A DNA stretch of 64,000 nt from Tubulanus polymorphus. Taxonomy: Eukaryota > Animalia > Nemertea. The stretch is from NCBI RefSeq assembly GCF_964204645.1, contig NC_134027.1:11626485-11690484 (forward strand). The letters run 5' to 3'. Shown here piece by piece: positions 40,301 through 52,300 of the stretch (within the stretch, counting starts at the first letter, position 1; every line of letters starts with the position of its first letter). The notes beneath the pieces were generated by a model. The model searched no databases. It was given only the letters and a program-made list of their open reading frames with translations, and had not been told where the DNA came from. A program made the translations under genes and the position numbers.

Positions 40301-43300
40301 TGAAAAAATCAATAAAATTGCTCGTATGAACGATGAACCCTGGAAATGTAGTATCATTACCTGTCAGATTTATATAATAAATCCAAGTGTCATTGAAATC
40401 TAACAAATCTTTGATACACTGAAGATCGGCGTCGAGAACCGTGATCGTCGCCCATTTCACGTCGAACGACTGCGACGTCAGAATCGCGTTCGGGAAACAA
40501 TCGACGATTCGTTTCATCGCCGCCTTGAAATCGGCTGACGCTTTTTTGTCGACGTGAAAACAGTAGTAGTTCTGCGGCGCGTAGATCATCCGCAGTAAAC
40601 GTTCGACTTGCTCGATATCTTTGTAGACAGTGATCCCGAATGCGATCGGAAAATTCTGTTCCTCGTCGGATGACGGGCGTTCGGCGTACGCGCGCGCGTA
40701 CCGAAAATCGTCGCAGCCGAAACAGTCGATGAAATCGCCGTATTCCGACGGGTTTATCGTCACCTGCGCGTGCTTCGTCGCGTATCGTCTTGCTTTTTCG
40801 ATGACGCGCGTGGCGTCCACGGCGGCGATCAATTCCCGACAGTATGGCGCCGCGTACGTTCGTTTCGCGACAAACTTCTCGATAATCGTCCGATTGATGA
40901 CGCCTTGAAGTTTCGACGCGTGGGCGCATCGTCGAAATTTCTGTACGATATCGCCGCCGCTGTCTTTAGTAGTAGAAAACAACCACGGTATATTTCGTCC
41001 GTCCCAATGCAGCAAAAACGTACATACCAGAACGATGTATATAGCGACGAGTACGGACACGTATACGAATACTACACGACTTCTCAGTTTGTACATCGTG
41101 TCCCGGTTTCAGTTGCTATGCTTCGAGGTGTCGTAACGTTTCTCCCGTTACAATCCGCATGGAAAATCAATTTTCCGTCATCCGCGATGAATTCTCTCTC
41201 GTTGGTACCGCCGCTGCAGTCAGCGTGCCGTTGCGATGCGTTCACCACATTCTTCACGATGTTCCGAAGAATAGAGAAGAATAGCGAGTCGTTGAATGTA
41301 TACAAAATCTAATATGAGTAGATTAATTATTCGATGCGACGATGTTGCGTAACTATCAAGTGTTGAATTCTAAGGGCGTCTCCTGTGGCTACGCTCTGGG
41401 TGGGGTCATTACATTGATTTTTCACGCGTAAATACTGATTTCCCGTGTTTATATTTCATAGATTATTTTCAGAACGCTCTGAGTTTGTCGCAGGCCTGAG
41501 CAAACGTTTCTTCCGACTATTTTCGGAACTGAGTTTGTCCGTCGGGCGCCTGAGCAAACTTTGCAAACGGCAAACATGTAGATATTTATAATGGCAAAAT
41601 ACGTTGGTAAAATGCCCATGAACGAGTGAATGCTGGGGATGACGGCAAAGCTACTGAGGGATGCGGATTCAGCTAGTGGCTACTCGGTTACCACGCTTCC
41701 TATTTCCTTCTACATTTCAATTAAATTTGCGCTTACTTTTCTAATAAGTGAACAGATTTTCAGCGAAACCGTTACACTGAGTAAGAATGCGAATCGTACA
41801 TCTATCAAATGACTTGTTCGATAATTTTAGGATTTGCCAACCTAAAAATCAAGTTTAAATTTCATAGAAAGTGAATATCGATTATATGCGAATATCGATT
41901 ACGATTACGATTATAATTTTACTGACACTCCAACCATTTCCATGGTATATGGAGGAAAAATATTACACGTGCTGTGCGCAGTGAATTTCAGCGACAGAAA
42001 TGCCACACGCGAAAAACACTGCTGAAATTGCGCTGCTTGATTTCATCGAAACGTAACCGTTTTTCATCCGGGTGTTGGTTACGGCTCATTCAGCTAGCAA
42101 CACATGACGTTAAAAGATTTGGTCAATTCATCTGCCCCCCGGAGGCCACAATCGATCAGAAAAAATGCACCAGCACCACTGCTGAGGCAAGCGACGATTC
42201 CCCAGGGGTAACTGGCGGTTACTCAGGTTATCGCGCTTCAATTTCTTCTACATTTCAAATTCAAATAGACTTTTAAGTAGATCAATTTCAGTGAAATCTA
42301 TGCAATATTCCGTGTGAGAAAGTGAATCGTAATCTATTGGATGACTTGTTATAATACAGATGATAATATTTGCATTCGAGAGCAAAAAACTTCAGTTCAA
42401 ATTTTATTAAAATTCACTATGAATAACTGAGCGCATTGTTGTGCCGACTGTTTTCTATGCGTTTTGTTAAGCTGTTTTCATTACACGGCAATCATCTCAT
42501 CGTTTGTGGGCAAAACTTAAAATTCAAAACGATTTGTGACAAACCCCTTGATGTAACGAAACATTTTACCACACACATGAGCTCATGCGAAGTTAGTACA
42601 CATTGTTGAGTTACCTCACCCACACTTGTTGAAAAACACGCTCAAAAGAAGCTGTGGCAAGTGTGTATGAACTATATGACAACATTTACTACATATCTGC
42701 GGCATTTACAAGTGACTTTTCGTCATCGTTGTTAGATTTATTTGTATGTGTAAGAATCATTCTGTTCCTATTCCTTCTCCATCGCAAAAAAAGATCTAGA
42801 TTAAAGGTCTTGCAGGGGGATACCCGATTGATATGCTACCTACTTTTATCAGCTTTTTAGTAATCAGCCATGCGTATTGGCAATGAAAGGGTGCTGAGTT
42901 TGAAATTTAAGTGGAAATGTCGAAGTTCGACTTATTATGTCGAAATGTGAGTTATTTTTATTTGACTTATATATAATATAAATTTCTAGTTAGTTATGTC
43001 AAAATTTGAGCCATTTTTCTATTAACTCGAAATTTGGCTGAATAAGTCGAATTTTCACATAAGAATAAGTTGAATTTCGACTAGATTAACTCATCTCAAC
43101 GTGATAAGTCGGATTTCACTCGTGTGTCACTAACGTGACAATTTGGCCCGGGCCTGAATCGTTTCCATGCGATAGCGGCTTTTATTATCTCGATATTATG
43201 ACATAAACGTTTACATTGTGAATATTGCGTAACATTGCATAAACAAGTATTGGTATTATTTTAATGCAGGAGAATGCTCTTTTTATTAGATAGAAGTCTA

Positions 43301-46300
43301 TTGGTTTAAGGCGTAAACCTAAAAAAAAACGTTTATCTGTTTATCTGATCATTATATTGATGAATGGCTCTCCTACACCCATCTCCTGAGGCTGGGCTGG
43401 AAACATATCTCACCGATAAATCTCGCCAGGTTATACACCAATGAAAAATATACCGAAAGAATTTTGCGCATGTGTTTTGCAGCCAGATATCTCTAGAGGA
43501 GCAAAAAATAAATCCACATAGCAATCTGATGCTGTAGTAAATCGTACTGATACATCTTCTATCATCTCACCACGCGTTGTTGAATCTGGAGGCACCCTGC
43601 CACCAGGAATTTCTATCGGAATCGTAGTATTGGCGATATTTACGTTCTCAGATTTACTCGAAAACTGAAAGATTCGCCGGAAAGCTATCATAAGATAATC
43701 TATTTTCACTTGAAATTTGACTCTTTTCCGATTTCAAATATTGTAAAAGCATTTCCCCATTAATGGACAAAAAGTAGAAAAATATATTGGAAAATGGAAA
43801 CTACCAGGATCACATGGAGACGATTTGGCCAGAGCCATATGTGGCCCTAGAGAACACACAAAAATCACTTAGTCATTACTAGGGCTTTTTTATCACTTGG
43901 AGTGGAGTACAGATCTACCTCTCAGAATTCTGCATAAATCATCAAATTTGTGTCCTTTGTGTTTAATCGCCATTTTAAAAAAAATTGTTTTCTTTTTGTT
44001 AAGTTCGTCCTTTGCAAAAAGTTAGCTTTCCTTATTTCTTCCATTAATATTCACCTCTATTTTATTTTTCTTCTGCAGATCTTCCGCGATTTTATGTAGA
44101 AAATACTAAACGTTTTCATTCGCTTTTTTCCCATTCCCTTCCATGCTAAAACACCTGTTGTAAAAATTTTTTTCCTGAAGAATCCAAGTAATCAATTAGA
44201 AAAGGCCCTTGAATGAGATGGCAGGCGAGGGTAGTCTCTTCCAGAACAGTTAGCATTCACACAAAATGATGGACCCATGCTAAATTTGGTAGGCCCTAGT
44301 CCAGTTTTTAGTTGGGCCAGTCAACCAGGCACGGAACCAATTGACACCAGTGTGAATGATTGTGGACATCCAGAAATAAGGCCCAGTTCAAAAGCGCTTG
44401 TGGGAAGGATCTCATGTATATCACTTAACTGCATTTCATCATGTATCGTATCATAGCGTTTTTGTTCTCAGCAAAATAATGATTTAACGTTATTTGAATC
44501 TGAATCTACAGTTGTTTTTTTTTCTACATTGTTCGGTGTCTCTATATTTGCAGATGTAGCGGAGTTGAACATTTCATTCTCGAAATTATAGATGATCTGC
44601 CCGACATGGAGCTCATCATAAACACAAGAGATAACCCTTCGGCGGGCTCGGTTCCCGTTCCTATATTCTCATTCAGTAAGGTAAATCTTTTGATTGGCAG
44701 TGGATCTGTAATGAATATTGACTCGCAAGCCATACTTCAGTAACAGTTCTGACAGATGCCGTGTCAACTAATTAAGTTTCTTTTATTTAGACCATTCGTC
44801 GAGTTTTTTGAACCATTCGAACATTCGTAAAATCGACAATACGTAGCTATTTCATGGTAATTTACCTCGGAACCGCCGAACAGGGGTCTGACAAGCGTGC
44901 ACCGCAATTTACAAATATTGCCGTTGTTCGCGTTCATCAGCTGCTAGATCGAAGCTTGTTTATGAAAGATTTACGAGGCTAGCTTTTTTACCCGTATGAT
45001 TGAGAATTTTCATAGAGTGTGAGCACTTGTGCGTGCATTGATGAATTGAAGCGCCGGACTGCAGTATGGATAATTAAGATACAACGCACCTGATGTTGCC
45101 AATTAAACAATGTACATGAAAAAGTTATATCTTTTCTGAACAAATAGTTTTCATGGTATTTTTTACCAGCGTTTATAGCTATATTGTAATGTACTGACTG
45201 TCTAACAGTTAACGATCCAACTCAAATATTGCCCAAATTAGGCAAATTTTCGTATAATCCAAAAAGGACTGTTTTGTCAAATCATGTAATGAGCTGTATC
45301 GGTTTATTTCTTATCAACCAATTTTGTACTAAAGAAAATGTGTATTCATCTTCAAAAATCTGAGGCAGATCTAGGATTTTTTCAAAGGCGTTGCAGGAAA
45401 AAGGACAACTATAAGTCATAGCTGGTGCTGTGCGAGCACCAAAGTTGTGAAGCCTGTAGGCGGGTCTGGGGGCCTACGTTGGAAAATTTCGAAAATCTAG
45501 ACTTATTTCATTTACTTTTCAAGGCATCTGATCTCGTAATCTTCGTTATGGCAACTTTGAAAGTATAGATGTCTTTATATCAAAAAGATTAGGGCCTGAC
45601 AATAAAGGGCACACAGATTTCAGGGGTTTGCTGATCCCCTGTGGATCTATCCCTGCGAAATTAAGATCATCGGGCCGCAACAAACTATGTTATAGAATTT
45701 AAACTTAAATCAGATGCAAATCTCACAGGTTAAGATTTATTTGATTTAGTATGGATGCCATATGGCCGAAGGGTATACTGATACTAGGTTTTCTACCAGC
45801 CAACTCTAAGTATGCGATGCACTTGTTGTCTAGACTCTCCCCATGACCTTTTTTTAACCAAAATTATCCGAGGTTGCCGGCAATAATCGTCGGAATTCAT
45901 AAACATGACATGCATAACCCCTGAGCGATAGATGAAATGTAAATATTTTACGTCTTACGTATAACAAAGCAAGGTAAGTCATATAAACTCATAACTCAGT
46001 TGTATATCCAAAATATCCAAAATGAAAATTGCTTCCTTTTATTTAAACACACAGCGATGTTTTCTCTATCTTGCCCTCTTTATCACACTCGTACTTCCTG
46101 AAAGTGTATTCGATTTATTGTACCTAGAATGTAAACGGGTATTTGGTTGCAAGCCCTTGCTCCTGTGTGTGGTACTTTTGATTCGACATGAACAGCTACC
46201 GTAACGTATCACTTCATTCTAATGATTCAATGAATATTTTGATACGTATCTAGTATGCTTACTCGTCTCAAGATCAAACAGTTCTACTGAAGAAATTCAT

Positions 46301-49300
46301 TTTAATGAAGATTGGCAGCCATTTAACAATTTCTGACGAACAGAACATCAATTTTATATCTTTTTATTGTGAATCTTAATGTTCTTTATCATATAGCCCC
46401 GGTAAAAGGTAATAACCCCCAACCCTGGTAGATATCCCCTGGTAAAATTGATTTCACAACTAAATTTTTCAATACACTAATGTAAAAAAATTTAAATAGA
46501 TTTCAAAAATGTTTAATTTTCCATGGTGATGGTCGCAATATTCACCTTGGATAATCTATGCCACATAAAAAATCAGGGATATTCTACTTTAAGCGAAAAT
46601 AGTGTGGAATGAAAAAGAAAATACCAATAGTCAAAGGGATAACAATAGGGTTTTCTGCTGAAAGTCAGAAAACCCTAAATACTTAATAGTTTTCTTTGTT
46701 AAACTCCAGTCTACTGGCTACAGATCATAATCTCATCAGTAAACTCACTTCATTTGCGATGTAAATCATTTTCTAACCAACATTTCCTAGGAAGTGTGCC
46801 ATAAAGACAACTAGAATTTTGAAATGGATTCTGTAGGTGAACATGTCACACAATATGTATCAAAATGGGAGTAACATGAATTTTTTGGTACTTTTATTTA
46901 ACCCTTTCAGTGCTGGCTAATTAATACCCTATAGTGCTGAAGATAATTTGAAAATTCTGAAAAATTCCACCCTAGTGTGTTGAATAACGGGAATAGCACT
47001 ATAGTGCGTCTTCACCCTGGCGCGGTATATCATTAGTTACTAATATTTCACTATTTTTGACAGGTGCTGCCATCTTTCAAGAGAGATAATTAGTAATTGC
47101 TAATTAAATCAATACACCGCAGTGCGGTGTACTAGCAAAATCCATCACTGATTCATACACCGCACTGCGGTGTAGACGCACTGAAAGGGTTAAATGAACT
47201 GCAGTGAATTTTGAACGCACAAAAGTTAATGAACTAAATATCCAGCTGTACCAAAAGGGTCCAAACATGTCGTAATTGGTTCAGTGAGGCCACAGCTGAG
47301 ACCAGGGAGTATGTTTTTGCTGGTTCTGCTCAGTATGGCTCTTTGTAGATTTACATCCATTGTTTCGTCAATCTTACGCTGTGAAAGTTATCCTAGTTGC
47401 GTTCTCTTGGCTATTAGCTACTGAAATTCTGTTCTTTATTTTAGGTAGCAAATCTCGATTACGATATCATGTATCCAGCATGGACGTTCTGGGAAGGAGG
47501 ACCCGCTCTATGGCCTATATATCCTGTTGGGCTCGGTCGATGGGACCTGATGAGGGATAAGTTGAGCAGGTTAGTCCATTCTTTCACCAATAGGTGCCAG
47601 TACTGGTAGATATGAAGGATTCATTATCATGGATCTAATTTGTAATGAAATGATAAAAAATTCCGATGATAACTTACGCTCATCCTTTCTTCAACTCTTT
47701 AATATTGTATTGATGAGTGGCATTATCCCAGAAAGCTGGACTATAGGCTCTATTAAACCGATATTTAAGAATAAAGGCAATATTAATTGTACGGATAATT
47801 ATAGAGGTATAACGCTAGTTAGTTGTTTAGGCAAACTTTTTACAAATATCCTTAACAATAGATTAACATGTTTTATGAAGGTAAATCAACTTTTAAGTGA
47901 AAATCAAGCAGGTTTTAGAGCGGGGTATTCTACTACCGATCATCTATTCACATTTAAATCTATTGTTGAGCTATACCTTAATCAAGGTAGAGGTCTTTTC
48001 TGTTGCTTCGTAGACTTCCGCAAGGCCTTTGACTCCGTATGGAGAATTGCTTTATGGAAAAAGATGATGGCTTTAGGTATAAAAGGTCTCTTTTTTAACA
48101 CCGTTCACAACCTCTATTTGAATTTCAAATCTTGTGTATCGTTTAAAGGTGATACTTCAAATTTTTTCCCTTCAAACATCGGAGTAAGACAGGGTGCAAG
48201 TCTTTCTCCCCTGTTATTCGCTATTTTCCTTAACGATATTGATAAATTCTTCAACGATAACAATAGTAACTCACTCACCTTTATTAGCAAACTATACAAA
48301 AAAAGTTTTGAAGAAGAAATTGAGGTATTACTGAAATTATTTGTATTATTATATGCAGACGACACAATTTTATTTGCAGAATCAGAATCTGAATTACAAA
48401 ACAATTTAAATATACTATATGATTATTGCCAAGTAAACAAGTTATTTGTTAACATTGATAAAACGAAAATAATGATGTTCGCAAGATCGAAGCAAAGATT
48501 AAAAAACCTTCCCGATTTTCTATTCGGTGATGAGACATTGGAAAGAGTAGATGAGTACAATTATCTTGGAATTTTGTTTAATTGGGATGGAAAATTTACA
48601 AAAGCGAAAAAAGCAATTCACGACAAAGCTGTTCGAGCAATGTTTGCTATTATTCAAAAAGGCAGAAGATGTAATCTTCCTCCAGACTTACTTTTTAAAT
48701 TATTTGATTGTTGTGTGGCACCAATTCTATTGTACGGGTGTGAAATATGGGGCCATGAAAATATCGATATACTAGAAAAAGTCCACACAAGGTTTTGTAA
48801 ATTAGTTCTAAAAGTACCAAAATTCTGCCATAATACTATGATATATGGCGAGACTGGCAGATTACCTTTATCGACTACTATTAAACTTAGAATGATTAAA
48901 TATTGGAACAAAACTTTAAATGCTAACAAGTCAAAGCTGAATCTAGTAATGTATAATTTTTTGTACGACTTATACAGAAAAGATTTATATGTATCTGATT
49001 GGATTTGCCAAATTAAGGAAATTATACAAAACTGTGGGCTGAACTTTGTGTGGCAAGACCAGGTAATCGATCTACGGTCGATAAATATCATAAAACAATC
49101 TCTAAAAGATAGATACATTCAAACATGGAGGGAAAAATTGCAAAATAGTGACATATGCGTAAATTATAGAATCTTTAAACTTAAATATGATTATGAAAAC
49201 TATTTATCCGTTGTACCGAACCACTTCATGTATAGTCTCGCTGAATTTCGGATCGGTAGCCGTAAATTAGATGCCAACAAATTTAGTAATGTAAATATTG

Positions 49301-52300
49301 ATAGAAACGAACGTATTTGTACATATTGTAGTCTTAACAAAATCGGTGATGAATTCCATTTTCTTTTTGAGTGTTCCAAACTATACAATATACGAAGAGT
49401 TTTCTTAACACCTTTTTATGTAAATAGACCAAACACTTTTAAAATGTCACAATTATTTAATGCTGTAAATAACAATATATTAATTAAACTCGCAAGATTT
49501 GTAAATGCTGGTCTCAAGCTACTCAAGTAAAATTCATGTATACATATCTGTTATCTCTATTATTATTCTATTCTATGTGTATCTCTGTTTTCTTGTTTTT
49601 AAGTTTTGTAAAATATAAATTTTATTGTACAAATTCTTGTAACCTCTATGTACCAATGTTTGGTTAGAGCGAAATAAATAAACCTAAACCTAAACCTAAG
49701 GAGTAAGCTTCGAACACAGTGAAAAGTTTTATAAAGTAGATTACCACGGAGCTGAATTCCTTGGATTATCGGATAAGCTATGAAATATTTTCCTACTCCA
49801 TTTAATCTGGTGATAATCAATCATCGCTCAAACTTGCCTTGAAATTGCTTACCTTGGAAAAAATTTATCATCCCCGCGAGATCCAAGGCAAGTGCAGTCT
49901 ACCGTGTCTGGATAATAGACTTCTAATGCGACTGATAGAATATTCTTTTTACTATAGGCAAGCAGAGATATGGGGTTGGGATAAAAAAGACTCGATTGGA
50001 TTCTTCCGAGGCTCACGAACCAGCATGGAAAGAGATCCGTTGATTTTGTTGTCAAGAAATGAACCAGAATTAGTGGATGCCCAGTACACAAAAAATCAAG
50101 CATGGCGGTCTGATGCTGTAAGAACTGTTTTTACTTGTCCTGTTTACAGACAATCCTAGTGTCGGAGTATGACGGAGTATGATATATCAGTGTTTTAAGG
50201 TGTCAAAGATTTTCATGATTTTTGAATCCAGGTTTTTTCTTTTAGCAAAAGAAGCCACCAAAATATATATAAGTATATTGATTTGTCGCTCACTGAGAAA
50301 AAGAAAATAGTCCATTACTAAGCACCAAATAATTATCTAGAGCGAATCTAGCCTCTAATCCAGATCACCACTTTTTAAGGCATTACCCCAGGAATATAAG
50401 GGGGTGGGGGTTCCCCCGGATAATTGTATGCAATCTCAGAGTTTGAGGGGACGTCAAATTCAATTTTCCACACATCAATCCAAAATAAGAGTGCCCAGTT
50501 ATATTCTAGCTTCATCCAACAAAGCCATGTTAAGTGAGTTGAACATAGAACATAGAAGAAAAGAGTTATATTAAGAAAATAAATCTTCTCTGGCATTTGA
50601 TGTCTCGAAAAAATCCTTGGAAATCCCGCAAGCGACGCTGAAGCTGAATGCAACTATAGCTCTATGTAAGGGCTAATCTAGCAAAATCGCTCTGCATAAA
50701 GTATGGTACTAACTTAGCCCAGAATCTTGTATGAATGCTACGTATGATAATGGTAGGATTGTGAATTACTGATAGCAACGAAATCGCGATAAACTCATTT
50801 TTTTCATGTTTTAACCATTTACCATTGTTTGTTATTACATTAGTATTGTACGGTATAATTTGATAACTCTTTTCAGGACACTCTTTATAGACCACCGGCT
50901 GAAATCATTCCATTAGAGGATCATTGTAAATATAAGTAAGTGAAGGTACAAGCCACGTTCGCACTATCACTAGTTAGACCATTCTCAATGGGTCCGTACC
51001 TGGAACAGGCCAATTTGGAATGGCTAACTCCGGGTATGCGGTCACACACGTGTTACACACAATTTGCTGCAGATAGTTATGACTTACCCCCCCAAGATGT
51101 CTGCATGAGTATTTTACCCCCAAATGAATATCTTTTGAACACAGCTATAGTACCATCTATTACATAAATTTCTTCTAAATTCTATATTTTTTAGTAATGT
51201 GTCGATGAAATTGAATAAAAAAATGACGTGTAGACCAGAGACTAAATTATCCAGAACAATAAATTATTTTTATTTCAAAAACAATGAATTGCAGTTGACT
51301 GTGTTTATATCGTCATTGCTTATATTGGAGAAACATTTATATTATTCATTCCATTTGGTCCAAATAAGTCTCTTCTATGTACCGTATTATGCTTATATCA
51401 TATGGATATTGCCAGTCCATGCCTATACAATACAAGCGCAGTCAACTGCACTACAGTAAATAATGAATATTTTCGAAAGGTATATTTTATGGTCCTATAA
51501 TCAACTCTTTTTTCAATTATTCCACAGGTTTTTATTCAATTTTCGAGGCGTTGCCGCTAGTTTTCGTTTGAAACATTTGTTCCTCTGCGGATCAACAGTT
51601 TTTCATGTTGGCGATGAATGGTTGGAATTCTTTTACCCAGCACTGAAACCGTGGGTTCATTATATACCAGTCAAGAAAGATTTAACAAATGTGCGGTAAG
51701 TGGGGTCAAATGGTATTACAGTGGGACCTCTTTAATACAAATCTTGTCGGCAAAAGTGAAATGATTGTATTAAATGGGTTTCGTATAATCCAAGCATGCA
51801 GTGTTATAAGTATCTCAGCTGGGACATGCTGGAAATCATCATAATAAACAGGTTTCATCATTAAACAGGGGTCCAATTCCACAGTTCCGAGTTAGAATTT
51901 AACTCAGAGTTAACTCATTGAAAATGAACTAACTTTAACTCAGAGTTAACACTAACTCACTACTGTGGAACTGGGTCATCATCATAATCGTATTAACAAG
52001 GTTCAACCATAACATCTTTCACCCACTGCCATGACAAGAGTGATGTTAATGAATGTGCTAATTCAAACATAAGAAAAGAACAATCGTTATACATGTACCT
52101 CATCATCAAAATTCCTAAGATCTTGCTAAAATATCCCGACTCAAAAGTAAAGCAAGAAATCTACGAGCGTTTGTAACTTCATCCTACGAGATATAGCGGA
52201 CTAATCTAGTATACAAGTGCACATGTGATCTAGGCCCGCCCTTATAATGTAAACTATACCACTTGTGGGCGTTGTTATAACAATTCTTTCCTTTTTTTCA

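Noticed and set aside
43333-43709. Possible extra exon or ORF on - upstream of the GT14 gene
   Set aside because: No recognisable domain and no phase-consistent link to a gene; cannot be supported.
47546-47565. CTGATGA hammerhead-like heptamer (also ~19870 and ~53688)
   Set aside because: No helix II followed by GAAA; the first lies in POGLUT1 coding sequence.
49677-49698. Telomere-like (TAAACC)n repeat
   Set aside because: Only about 3.5 units, directly after the LINE AATAAA; explained as the retrotransposon 3' tail.
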